DNA from: Bacillota bacterium | GTDB taxonomy: Bacteria > Bacillota_I > Bacilli_A > RF39 > UBA660 | Direction of reading: 5' to 3' | Assembly: GCA_003524085.1 (NCBI GenBank) | Contig: DOEC01000021.1 | Coordinates: 70,477 to 134,476, forward strand | DNA: 64,000 nucleotides | Shown here: one piece after another, positions 17,841-27,494 of the stretch | How positions within the stretch are numbered: the stretch's first letter is position 1 | Layout: every line of letters starts with the position of its first letter | Translations under genes and position numbers: made by a program | Notes under the pieces: generated by a model | What the model saw: the letters and a program-made list of their open reading frames with translations, nothing else | Database searches by the model: none | What the model was told of the DNA's origin: nothing

Positions 17841-19898
17841 ATGAAGAAAGTATTATTAAATGGGTTTAGCTCACTTGGATTTGCAATACCAATTTTGTAC
17901 GAAATATTTGTATTAATAGATTCTTGGATTTATGCTTTAGCAGCATTTGCAATGCAAGCTTTCTTTGCTATTGCAAAATTACAGCTTTCAACAGAAAATA
18001 TAAGTGATATATCGTATATAACTTCTAGAATAATGTTATTATGTGGAGTGTATGCTTTATTTAAATTATCTATAACTTTAATAAATTATATAATTGATCC
18101 TAATAAAATAGAAAAGTCAGGAAAAACTGGAATAAAAGTTGTTCAAAAAATTGTAATTGCTGTTGTTTTACTAGCTTCAAGTAAATTTATTTTTGACGAG
18201 TTATTTGCATTTCAAAATGCCGTAATAGATAGTAATGTAATTCCTAAAATTATTTATGGAGATGCTAACTATAATGATGAAAATGACGGGGATATGGCTT
18301 TAACAAGTAAGAAGTTTGTTAATAGTGTATTCGTTACATTATTTGAGAATAATACAGCAGAAACTTCACCATCTGAAGCTGCAAAAACGGCAAAAAATAG
18401 AGTTTTACAAGGTGAATCAATATTACTATTGTCTCCTTATGCGTATGATGCTGGGTTTCATTACATTCCATTTGTAACTGGAATTGTTGGAATTTTACTT
18501 TGCTATTACTTCATTGCATTTGCATTTGAACTTGGAACTAGGATAATAAAATTATTTGCTTTACAGGTTATTTCACCTATACCAATTATTATGAGTATTG
18601 ATCCTTCTAGCAAGAGTGATAAGCTAGTTAATTTTGCTAAATTATATGGTGGCATTTATCTAAATGTTTTTGTAAGAATTTTAACTGTTTATGTTGCATT
18701 TGTGGCATTAAATTTAGTCACTTCAGTATTTGATGGAATAAACTGGTTAGCTAAAATTCTATTAATTATCGGAGTATTCCATGCTGCTAAAGAACTTCCT
18801 AAATTAATTGAAGACGCTTTAGGAATGAAGTTAGGGTTAGGTGATGCAGGGAAAGGATTTGGAGCAGTACTTATGGGAACTATTGCTGGAGGAGCTGGAC
18901 TTGTAGGTGGAGCTATTGCTGGTGGAATATCAGGCGGAGTCGGTGGTGCGTTAGGCGGAGCATTTACTGGTCTTACTACAGGTGTTACAAAAGGTGCTGC
19001 TGCTAAAAATGCTGTTGGTGTGATTGGTGCAAGTACCGGTGCAATAAAAGGTGGCTTTGGAATGGGTGCTAGAGTTGCTGGTGCTGGTGGACTTGGAGCA
19101 TTTATGGTAGGAGGAGTTGAAAACTTCTTTGGTGGTAAAGGAAGAGATGCTGCTACACTAGGCGATTTTGATAAACAAATTTCAAATACTGATAAGGCTA
19201 TAGAAAATGTTAGAAAAGGTATTAATTCTACTCAACAAAAAATTACAAATTCAAATGCTAACTTGAATGTTCAAAATCAAGCTGAAAATTTAAGAAAAAA
19301 CGTTGATAGTTTATTTGCTAGAAAATCTGGTTATGGAACTATGGACGAATTTATAAATAATAATAAAGATTATGTAGCTGCTAGAGAACTACTTGCAAAT
19401 GCACATCCTAATACACCTCAAGAAGATATAGACTACTTAAAACAAAATATGGAAAATGCAAGATTAAATGCTGCTAATCAATATAACCAAGCTAGAGACG
19501 ATTTCTATCAAAGTCATTTTGATGGAACTAAGGTTGACAACGACTTAGCGAGTGCAATTGATGACTACAATAATTATTGTATTGATAATGGTCTTGGTGC
19601 TGAAAGATTAATTAAAGGATACGAGAGTAATGTTGGTTTAACTAATGATGCGAAAGCATCTATAGAGACATTAAATGAAGAAGCTAGTAAAGCTATTCAA
19701 AGTGAAATTGCTCAATATCAACAACAAATTAATGCTGAAGAACTTAAAATTGAAAAGTATGAGCAGGATAAGAAAAATATTGAAGCACAAAAGAAAAATT
19801 ATGTTGAGAAAGATGCTGGATATCAAAGAAGAAATAAACGTGAAGAAAAACCGCAATATAGGTCTCGTAATGTAAACAACAATAACAATACTAATTAA
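17841..19898 (+). CDS. VirB6-like (TcpH/ConG-type) polytopic membrane protein with a Gly-rich segment and a Q/N/K-rich coiled-coil tail.
   Basis: 685 aa. At least 6 transmembrane helices in the first 330 aa. GGAGLVGGAIAGGISGGVGG Gly-zipper region. C-terminal coiled coil. Confidence 0.5.
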   Translation: MKKVLLNGFSSLGFAIPILYEIFVLIDSWIYALAAFAMQAFFAIAKLQLSTENISDISYITSRIMLLCGVYALFKLSITLINYIIDPNKIEKSGKTGIKVVQKIVIAVVLLASSKFIFDELFAFQNAVIDSNVIPKIIYGDANYNDENDGDMALTSKKFVNSVFVTLFENNTAETSPSEAAKTAKNRVLQGESILLLSPYAYDAGFHYIPFVTGIVGILLCYYFIAFAFELGTRIIKLFALQVISPIPIIMSIDPSSKSDKLVNFAKLYGGIYLNVFVRILTVYVAFVALNLVTSVFDGINWLAKILLIIGVFHAAKELPKLIEDALGMKLGLGDAGKGFGAVLMGTIAGGAGLVGGAIAGGISGGVGGALGGAFTGLTTGVTKGAAAKNAVGVIGASTGAIKGGFGMGARVAGAGGLGAFMVGGVENFFGGKGRDAATLGDFDKQISNTDKAIENVRKGINSTQQKITNSNANLNVQNQAENLRKNVDSLFARKSGYGTMDEFINNNKDYVAARELLANAHPNTPQEDIDYLKQNMENARLNAANQYNQARDDFYQSHFDGTKVDNDLASAIDDYNNYCIDNGLGAERLIKGYESNVGLTNDAKASIETLNEEASKAIQSEIAQYQQQINAEELKIEKYEQDKKNIEAQKKNYVEKDAGYQRRNKREEKPQYRSRNVNNNNNTN

Positions 19899-19920
19899 AT
19901 AAAGGAAAGGAAGAAAGAAT

Positions 19921-20238
19921 ATGAATAATATGTATATTATACCTGCTAATAGTAAAAATGGTAAGCTTATATTTAACATATTTAGAGGTATTGATTTAGT
20001 GGTATTCTTGTGTGGTGTGGGAGTAAGTTTACTATTATTTGTAGCAATACAAGCTACTACAATGACTACAACAATAATAAAGATACTACCAATTTGTGTA
20101 TGTACTTTCTTGGTAGTACCTATACCATTTTATCATAACGTAATGTGTTTTATAAAAGAATTATACTTGTTTTTAGCAAATAGAAGAGTATATTATTGGA
20201 AAGGATGGTGTGTTAGAAGTGAGTACAGTGAGAAGTAA
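19921..20238 (+). CDS. VirB3-like small membrane protein (2 transmembrane helices).
   Basis: 105 aa. Two hydrophobic helices. Sits directly upstream of, and overlaps, the VirB4 N-terminal ORF, as in Gram-positive T4SS (TcpE, PrgI position). Confidence 0.4.
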   Translation: MNNMYIIPANSKNGKLIFNIFRGIDLVVFLCGVGVSLLLFVAIQATTMTTTIIKILPICVCTFLVVPIPFYHNVMCFIKELYLFLANRRVYYWKGWCVRSEYSEK

Positions 20239-20770
20239 AAATACAGAAGATTGGCTACCTATTAGGTCTATACTAAATGGTGCTATACAACTTGATGATG
20301 GAATGCAAGTAACAGGTGTTAAAGTACAACCTAAGAATATATTTATTATGGATAATGATAGTCAAAGAAACGTTATATATAATTTAAGAAATCTATATAA
20401 TAGCATTGATTATGAATTTAGTATTATTGTAGCAGATAGACCAGTTGATATTAATGTTTATTTAAGTCAATTACAGCTTTTATACAATAACGTACAAACT
20501 CCAGTTTTGAAGAAACTTGTTATGCAAGACATCAATAAGGCAAATCTATTTATGAGTAAGGAAGTAGGTGTAGCTGATACAGAATATTACTTACTATTCA
20601 GGGAGAGAAGACCTGAGATAATGCAAAAAAGAATACAAAACTTAATAAGTGGTTTTGCAACATGTGGGTTAGTTGCTAGTCAAACTAGTAATGATGATTT
20701 AAGAGTATTACTTGATGGATTTTTAAATGATGGAAGTAGAACTGAATTTGGGACGGTGATGGGTTCATGA
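20210..20770 (+). CDS. VirB4-family ATPase, N-terminal domain as a separate ORF.
   Basis: 186 aa. GTG start at 20210 (or 20219) overlaps the upstream gene by 29 nt. Ends with TGA overlapping the ATG of the next ORF (gttcATGAac). Confidence 0.5.
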   Translation: MLEVSTVRSKNTEDWLPIRSILNGAIQLDDGMQVTGVKVQPKNIFIMDNDSQRNVIYNLRNLYNSIDYEFSIIVADRPVDINVYLSQLQLLYNNVQTPVLKKLVMQDINKANLFMSKEVGVADTEYYLLFRERRPEIMQKRIQNLISGFATCGLVASQTSNDDLRVLLDGFLNDGSRTEFGTVMGS

Positions 20771-22542
20771 ACTTAAAAAGTCAATTAGCACCAAAAGGGC
20801 TAGAATTTAATGCAGGGGATATGGTTATAAGTGGAAAGTATTGTTGTTTCTTAACTATTATTAGTTATCCTAAAATGATAAACGAGGGATACTTAGCTAA
20901 TTTAACACAATATAGTGGAATTAAGGTAATTATTAAACACATTCCAATAGAGTTTTCAGTATTAAGTAAAATGCTTAATAAAGAAATAGCTGATATGAAA
21001 ATGAAATATCAAAACGAACATGACAGAACTATTCAAGAAAGAATTAGACAAGACTACGAAAGTATAGAAAACTTTATTACAATGCTTACAAGTACTCAAG
21101 CTAGAATATTTGACTTTCAAATGCACGTTATGGTATTGGCTGACTCAAAAGAAGAATTAGAAAATAAAAAGGTTCAAGTAAAGAACTACTTAGATGCTAT
21201 GGGAATGAAAGGCACAATACTTAGATATGAACAAGAGAAAATTTTAAAAAGTTGTTTACCAATATTTCCAGACTCAGATATTGAAGAGAGAATTGGAACA
21301 CCTATTCCAAGTGTTACTATGAGTGCGATGTATCCATTTGTATTTGATAGTATCAAGGACCCTGGGTTATCTTGTTTACTAGGTGTAGACTTTTCTGGAG
21401 GTATTATATTATTTAATCAATTCTTATATCAGATTAAGAAAGAGTTTAATAGAAATAATGCCAATATGATAATTTTAGGTACATCAGGTAGTGGTAAATC
21501 TACTGCTGCTAAGATACTTTTAAGAAGTAATATTAGAAATGGACACAAAATAGTTGCAATTGACCCAGAAGGTGAGCTAGAAGACATGACTAGACTTTAT
21601 GGAGGAGACTTCATTAATCTAGGATTAGGTGGAGACTACGGAATGATAAATCCACTTGAAGTAATAGCTGACTCTGATATTGAAGATGGTGGAGGGAATG
21701 CTGTTTTAACAAGAACATTACAGTCTCTTAAAGCTTTCATGAAGTACTATAGTCCTGATATAGAAGAAGACGTACTTACTTTGTTTAGTGAAGTAGTACA
21801 AGATACTTATAAGAGATATAAGATAGACTATGAAACAGACTTTAGTAAGTTTACTAGTGAAGACTATCCAACATTTGACGATGTGTATGCTACTATTAAA
21901 GGAAGACTTTTATCAATGGTAGAAGCTACTCGTGAAAAAGAAGTAATGGAAAAACTTGAGTTAAAAGTTAGACCTTTAACAAAAGAATTAAGATATTACT
22001 TTACTGGGCATACAACAGTAGAACCTAATAGTGACTTTATAGTATTTAATATAAGAGAATTAATGAATAGTGATGCTAATATAAGAAATGCTTTATTCTT
22101 TAACATATTAAAGCATGCATGGGGTTTATGTTTAGACAAAGACACTAATACAATACTTATGGTAGATGAAGCACATACCCTTCTAGCAGACAGAAATACT
22201 TTGGGAGCAGAATTCTTAGCCCAAGTACAAAGAAGAAGCAGAAAATATAACACAGGTACAATAATTATTACACAACAACCTACTGACTTTGCAAGCCCTG
22301 AGGTAATCGTACATGGTAAAGCAATATTTGATAATGCAAGTTACTATTTAGTAATGGGCTTAAAGAAGCAAGCAGTTGAAGATTTAGCAAGATTAATAGA
22401 TTTAAATGATCAAGAAAAAGAAAGTATTAAAAGATATAATCAAGGAGAAGCTTTATTTGTATGTGGAACGCGTAGAATGAGAATTAATGTAATAGCGACT
22501 CAAGAAGAACTAGACTCATTTGGTTCTGGTGGAGGATTATAG
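20767..22542 (+). CDS. VirB4-family (TcpF/PrgJ/ConE-like) T4SS ATPase, C-terminal ATPase portion.
   Basis: 591 aa. Walker A GTSGSGKSTAAK, Walker B ILMVDEAHTLL, and a motif typical of the VirB4/TraC C-terminal domain (IIITQQPTDF). Confidence 0.75.
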   Translation: MNLKSQLAPKGLEFNAGDMVISGKYCCFLTIISYPKMINEGYLANLTQYSGIKVIIKHIPIEFSVLSKMLNKEIADMKMKYQNEHDRTIQERIRQDYESIENFITMLTSTQARIFDFQMHVMVLADSKEELENKKVQVKNYLDAMGMKGTILRYEQEKILKSCLPIFPDSDIEERIGTPIPSVTMSAMYPFVFDSIKDPGLSCLLGVDFSGGIILFNQFLYQIKKEFNRNNANMIILGTSGSGKSTAAKILLRSNIRNGHKIVAIDPEGELEDMTRLYGGDFINLGLGGDYGMINPLEVIADSDIEDGGGNAVLTRTLQSLKAFMKYYSPDIEEDVLTLFSEVVQDTYKRYKIDYETDFSKFTSEDYPTFDDVYATIKGRLLSMVEATREKEVMEKLELKVRPLTKELRYYFTGHTTVEPNSDFIVFNIRELMNSDANIRNALFFNILKHAWGLCLDKDTNTILMVDEAHTLLADRNTLGAEFLAQVQRRSRKYNTGTIIITQQPTDFASPEVIVHGKAIFDNASYYLVMGLKKQAVEDLARLIDLNDQEKESIKRYNQGEALFVCGTRRMRINVIATQEELDSFGSGGGL

Positions 22543-22556
22543 TTAAGAGGTATATT

Positions 22557-25196
22557 ATGGATGATAAGGAGAAGAACTTAATTAATAGTGAAAATTTAAA
22601 TTCACAAAATAATGTGGGTTCTTTTCCTTTACATAATAATACATTTGTGAATAGTACTGATAAATCTGATATTAATAATAGAATAAATAATACTAAAGGT
22701 AGAAATTTACAAAATAATATGGAAAGTAGAGAAACTAGTAATACAAGTTTAGGAGCAGATTCTTTAGAAAAAAAAGATAAACTAGATAAAGGCTCTTTAG
22801 GAAAAAATGCTTTAAATAGTGCGGGGAATGCTCTTTTAAGTAAGGCAAGTGAAGATGATGGAATAGTTGGAGATACTGCAAAAGGAATACGTGCTGTAAA
22901 CAAAGGTGTAAAGGCAACTAAAACTAGTGTAAAGGCCATTAAGGCATTAATAACTCTTTTAAGTGGGCCAGTTGGATGGGTTCTTGGTATATTTGCTGGG
23001 GTAATGTTACTAATTTTCTTAATCGTAATTGTATATCATACAATAATAAGCTCGTTAAGTATGAAGTTTAATTTAACTGGAAAAGATAGTTACGAAGTAT
23101 TTAAAGAGAAGTATGAAGAAGCAATGTCTAGAGGAGATATAGATAGTTTGTATGAAAGCGCTGATGGAATAGACTGTGGAGAGAGAAGCTTTTTTACTAA
23201 AATTAAAAATTTCTTTGGAGTATATCAGATAGAAAATCCTACTGAATTATGTTTATATGTTAAAAAGACACTTGAAGAAAAAGAAACATTACCTGGTATA
23301 ACAACACTTAGTCCTGGATATTTTTTAAGTAGTTTATATTATGCGTATGATACTCAAAATGTTAAAGAAAATGGTGAACTATTTATTAAAGTACCTGATG
23401 CAAGTGGTTTAGAAAGTGATGATAAAAACTACGTTGCACCAACTGACTTAGATGCAATTAGTACACTTTTTGTTACAAAGATTTATGAAAAAAAAGATTT
23501 AGATAAATTAATAGATGAGTATATTTTAAAGTATGACTTAAAAAGTTATGGGCTTACTCCTTATAAGTTAGTAATCGATTATGATGAAGAGGGCAATGAA
23601 ATAGGAAGACACTGTGATGCTTTTAGTGCACCTATTAACTATCAAACAAGTGAAAGTAAGTTTAATTTATATTTAAGATATGGGGAAAATATAAGTGAAA
23701 GCTATCAATATGATAACAATATTATTAGAACGTATGAATTAACAAGTAGTGAATGCTATGACAATATAGGTGTAGCTAAACCTAGTCTAGCTAAGTATGA
23801 TGTTAAACTTGATTTAACAAGCGAGGAAGAAAAGATACCTAGTATAGATGGATATACTTATGAAGATGGATTTATTTATGATACATATCCTAGGTATAAG
23901 GCTGAATATAATTTAGATGGTGTTAAACCAGCATTTGATTATAAAGTGGCTAGGGATATTGAAAATATTATGGATAGCAGAGTTAGTTCTAGACAAGACT
24001 ATATAAACTATTTACTAGGATACCCTAACACAGTTAAAACAAATTTAGCTCTTTATTCAGGAAATTGTACGTATACAGTTGGCAACAGAGATGTAAGTAA
24101 TTTAAAAGTAAGACTTATTCACAAAAAAAATAGTGCACTGCCTGATGTAGAAGTGAATGCTGCTGTTCCTAATCAAGAATTAATTGATTTTGAAAAGTAT
24201 GTACTAGGAGTAGTGTATGCTGAAAATGGTGGGGCACCTGATGAAGCAATGAAAGCACAAGCAATCGCGGCTAGAACTTATGCTTTTAACCGTGGTACTA
24301 TAAAAGAAGAAAATGGTGAGGTTGTCCTTGAAATATCAAGTAGTACTTGGGATCAAACATATTGTGATCCTGATAAAGGATGTGACATATGTACTTCAGC
24401 ACTAGACCAAAGTGTGCAAACTGTAATGACAAAAGGTACAGTACCAGAAGGGGCTAGTTGTACTCATTGGAAAGGTCCTTTAGAAAACGATTCTCGTATT
24501 AGAAAAGCTGTTAAAGCAGTATCTGGAATAATACTTACTGACACTTCAGGAAATCCTGCTGGAGTAGGATACACTAGTACTACTCAAAATAGTTGGAATT
24601 CTTTGGCTAATCAAGGAAGTGATTATGTAGAATTAATAAGAAGCTCTTATGGCGGAGAATACATTTTAAGTAATCCATCATGTAGCTTTGCAAGTGGCGA
24701 CTGGGATAAATGGAGACAAAGTAGTAGTGAATGGGGAAGTATTATGTTATCAACTAAAAATATGTCTAGTGTAGGATGTTTTATAACCGCGCATGCTAAA
24801 GCTATTGCTAAAAGTGGTGCTCAAGTAAAAGTAGCTAACTTTAACCCAGGAACATTTGTAAATACAATTAAAGCTAATGGATGTTTAGACGGAAATAACT
24901 TGGTAAGTGCTTGTGCTTTAAAATCAGTTTTAGTTAATGATTATGAACGAAAGAGTAGTGCTTTAAGTGGGTCGCTTGAAAATAAAGCAAATGTAATCGC
25001 CGGTTATATTAATAATGGATATGAAGTAATTCTTAGAGTTAAATCACCAGACCCTAGACAACACTGGGTACTTGTAACTGGAGTAAGCGGAAGTACTATA
25101 TATATGTCTGATACAGCAAGTGATGCTAATATAGTAGTACCTTTCTATAATGCTAATGAAGTAGTTTATATGATTGCTTATAGATTTGATATTTAG
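22557..25196 (+). CDS. VirB1-type bifunctional cell-wall hydrolase: membrane anchor, SpoIID/LytB-like domain and a C-terminal papain-like (CHAP/NlpC-P60/C39-like) cysteine peptidase.
   Basis: 879 aa. Transmembrane segment GWVLGIFAGVMLLIFLIVIV. SpoIID signature VVYAENGGAPDEAMKAQAIAARTYAFNRG. C-terminal Cys (SSVGCFITAHAK) and His (RQHWVLVTG) arranged as a papain-like dyad. Confidence 0.6.
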   Translation: MDDKEKNLINSENLNSQNNVGSFPLHNNTFVNSTDKSDINNRINNTKGRNLQNNMESRETSNTSLGADSLEKKDKLDKGSLGKNALNSAGNALLSKASEDDGIVGDTAKGIRAVNKGVKATKTSVKAIKALITLLSGPVGWVLGIFAGVMLLIFLIVIVYHTIISSLSMKFNLTGKDSYEVFKEKYEEAMSRGDIDSLYESADGIDCGERSFFTKIKNFFGVYQIENPTELCLYVKKTLEEKETLPGITTLSPGYFLSSLYYAYDTQNVKENGELFIKVPDASGLESDDKNYVAPTDLDAISTLFVTKIYEKKDLDKLIDEYILKYDLKSYGLTPYKLVIDYDEEGNEIGRHCDAFSAPINYQTSESKFNLYLRYGENISESYQYDNNIIRTYELTSSECYDNIGVAKPSLAKYDVKLDLTSEEEKIPSIDGYTYEDGFIYDTYPRYKAEYNLDGVKPAFDYKVARDIENIMDSRVSSRQDYINYLLGYPNTVKTNLALYSGNCTYTVGNRDVSNLKVRLIHKKNSALPDVEVNAAVPNQELIDFEKYVLGVVYAENGGAPDEAMKAQAIAARTYAFNRGTIKEENGEVVLEISSSTWDQTYCDPDKGCDICTSALDQSVQTVMTKGTVPEGASCTHWKGPLENDSRIRKAVKAVSGIILTDTSGNPAGVGYTSTTQNSWNSLANQGSDYVELIRSSYGGEYILSNPSCSFASGDWDKWRQSSSEWGSIMLSTKNMSSVGCFITAHAKAIAKSGAQVKVANFNPGTFVNTIKANGCLDGNNLVSACALKSVLVNDYERKSSALSGSLENKANVIAGYINNGYEVILRVKSPDPRQHWVLVTGVSGSTIYMSDTASDANIVVPFYNANEVVYMIAYRFDI

Positions 25197-25204
25197 GAGA
25201 AGAT

Positions 25205-25975
25205 ATGGAAAAAAAGAATAATAAGTTTGAAGTTACAATTATATTTATAGTTATTGTATTTTCTATTATTATGTATGGATTATATTTAGTAGTAAACGAG
25301 TATTATAAAAAGTATGCGTTTACACTAATTACTAGTCCATTGACAATATTAGAATGCAAGAAATGGGACTGCACAGATAAGACTAGTGAAGTAAGTAAGT
25401 ATAATAATAAAGAATACAACACTAATATTGATGGAAAAGATATTGGAAAAAATACTATGTATTATGATTCATTTCAAAAGAGGTTTTATATATTTGATTA
25501 TAAAGATAATAGTATTAAATATAATAATAGTTTCTATATGTATGAAGGTAGTATTAGTGGAATACTCTTAGATAAAAACGAAGTTAGTACTCTTGAATTA
25601 GAGACTATTAAGTCTAAATTAAAATTAAAATTTAGTTTAAATCAAGTAACATATAGTGAGAAAGTAATGATGGACTTTGACGCGGACAGTAATATTGAAG
25701 AAGTGTATTCTGTTATTGGTGGGGCTCTTAATTATTACTTTAGTTATCTTGTATATAATAAGGAAGAAAAGTATTATATTTTATACAAAAGTGAAGAAAA
25801 TGATATAACTAAATTTAGTGCAGGAACTATTAGTAATGCGTTAGATATATTTAATGATGGTAAAAAGGAATTTATATACCACATAAGTTATTATGACGAA
25901 ATAGGGGAATGCAATGTTCTTTATAGAATTAAAGGTAAAAAATTTGTAAATGTTAATGAGTGTAACGTTAAATAG
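25205..25975 (+). CDS. Bitopic membrane protein (N-terminal transmembrane segment plus about 220-aa extracytoplasmic domain), a possible VirB8/TcpC-like component.
   Basis: Transmembrane segment VTIIFIVIVFSIIMYGLYLVV. Follows the hydrolase by 8 nt. Assignment is from topology and position only. Confidence 0.3.
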   Translation: MEKKNNKFEVTIIFIVIVFSIIMYGLYLVVNEYYKKYAFTLITSPLTILECKKWDCTDKTSEVSKYNNKEYNTNIDGKDIGKNTMYYDSFQKRFYIFDYKDNSIKYNNSFYMYEGSISGILLDKNEVSTLELETIKSKLKLKFSLNQVTYSEKVMMDFDADSNIEEVYSVIGGALNYYFSYLVYNKEEKYYILYKSEENDITKFSAGTISNALDIFNDGKKEFIYHISYYDEIGECNVLYRIKGKKFVNVNECNVK

Positions 25976-26084
25976 TTACACTTTTTTTAGTTTGCTAACT
26001 GGCAAAATTGCAATAGACTAAATACTAATGATTTTCTCTTTCTATTTTGTTTTAAACGTGTTACAATATTAATGGGGAAATGAT

Positions 26085-26930
26085 ATGAAAAGTTACTTTA
26101 ATAATGAAGAATATATATATATTAAATCGTTTTTAAGAACAAACCCTAGTGAAGCTTTGATTAGAACAGAAGAATATATAAAGAAATATCCAAATGACTA
26201 TATTGCAGGTGTGTTCTATTCTAAAGTTTTAAAAGTATTGGGTAGTTTTAGTGAGGCTTTATATGTTTTAGGTAACATAGAAGAAAGGTATACTTCCAAT
26301 AAAAAGTTATTTAATGATTTTGCTAAGTATAATATTATAGAAGAGAAAGTACTTTATAATAAATTAAGATGTCTAAGTTATTTAGAAGATTTTGATAAAG
26401 TAGAAGAACTATTAAATGAAAACAGAAAATATTTAATAAATCCTAAATTTGGGTATTTTAGTAATTTAGTTAAATATTCTAAGATGGAAAACATTAACTT
26501 TAATGCTAGCTATAGATTAGAACAATTATTTAATTATAGTGACGAAGAGTTTTTAAGTCATATATCAAAACATATGTATAGTAGAGTGGAAGACTATGAT
26601 GTAATTAGTACATTTAATGAAGATTTTCCTTTTGATAAAGTTTTTTATGAAGTAAAGAAGAAAATACTCTTTTGTAAAGCGTATTATTTTGGAACATATG
26701 AAGATGTGTATATATTTAAGTATGATAAATGTGGCGTTACTAATGGTAAAATAAGTGATTATTTTTTGGTTATTACTTTTCATAATACTAATAAGTATAT
26801 TTCAATGTACCCATGTAACTCAAGTAGTAACTTTAATTATGTTGACTTAAATTATTTGAAAATTCCAAGTACAAGTAATGTCAAAAGACTTAGTCAAATA
26901 GATAAGTTTAATATGAAATATAAAAAATAA
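26085..26930 (+). CDS. Hypothetical cytoplasmic protein (281 aa), possibly helical-repeat.
   Basis: Intact ORF. No transmembrane segment or recognisable motif. Confidence 0.4.
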   Translation: MKSYFNNEEYIYIKSFLRTNPSEALIRTEEYIKKYPNDYIAGVFYSKVLKVLGSFSEALYVLGNIEERYTSNKKLFNDFAKYNIIEEKVLYNKLRCLSYLEDFDKVEELLNENRKYLINPKFGYFSNLVKYSKMENINFNASYRLEQLFNYSDEEFLSHISKHMYSRVEDYDVISTFNEDFPFDKVFYEVKKKILFCKAYYFGTYEDVYIFKYDKCGVTNGKISDYFLVITFHNTNKYISMYPCNSSSNFNYVDLNYLKIPSTSNVKRLSQIDKFNMKYKK

Positions 26931-27109
26931 GTAAACTAAAAAAAACAGTTGTTAAAACATATAATTTAGTTTATACTACTAGTAAAAATGAAAACAATAC
27001 AGCAGCGCCAAGTCCATCTAATCCAACTGAAACACAACAACCTAATCAAAATGGCAATTATGTATTTAATCAGAATGGAAAGTATTTTGAGTTTCCTACA
27101 ACTTATAGA

Positions 27110-27493
27110 GTGTATGTAGATAAAGATAAGACTATTTATGTAGGAAAAAATATTGATGACAAAGGAGCATTAATTCCATATATAATGATAGAAAAATATA
27201 AAAATTATACTGACCCTTTAGTACTATTAAATGATGTTACAACAGAGTTAAATAAAGCTTATGGAGATGTAAAAATTTTATTAAATCAACTATCAGGATA
27301 CGTAGGAGATAAGTTAACTTATGGAAGTATGTTTTCTTATACAAGTAGTGGTCACTTAGTAATAGATAACAGATATACATTTTTAGTAGGTAATAGTATG
27401 TATTTAGTTACTACTAAAGAAGAAAATGAGAATTCAACTGAAATAAATAATGTTTGTGCTTTGATTATTAAGACTTTAAAGGAGGTAAATTAG
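27110..27493 (+). CDS. Hypothetical protein. The frame is open from 26924 and may be a frameshifted continuation of 26085..26930.
   Basis: The only in-frame start is GTG at 27110 with no ribosome-binding site. The open frame begins 6 nt before the upstream TAA, inside an A6/A8 tract. Confidence 0.3.
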   Translation: MYVDKDKTIYVGKNIDDKGALIPYIMIEKYKNYTDPLVLLNDVTTELNKAYGDVKILLNQLSGYVGDKLTYGSMFSYTSSGHLVIDNRYTFLVGNSMYLVTTKEENENSTEINNVCALIIKTLKEVN

Positions 27494-27494
27494 C

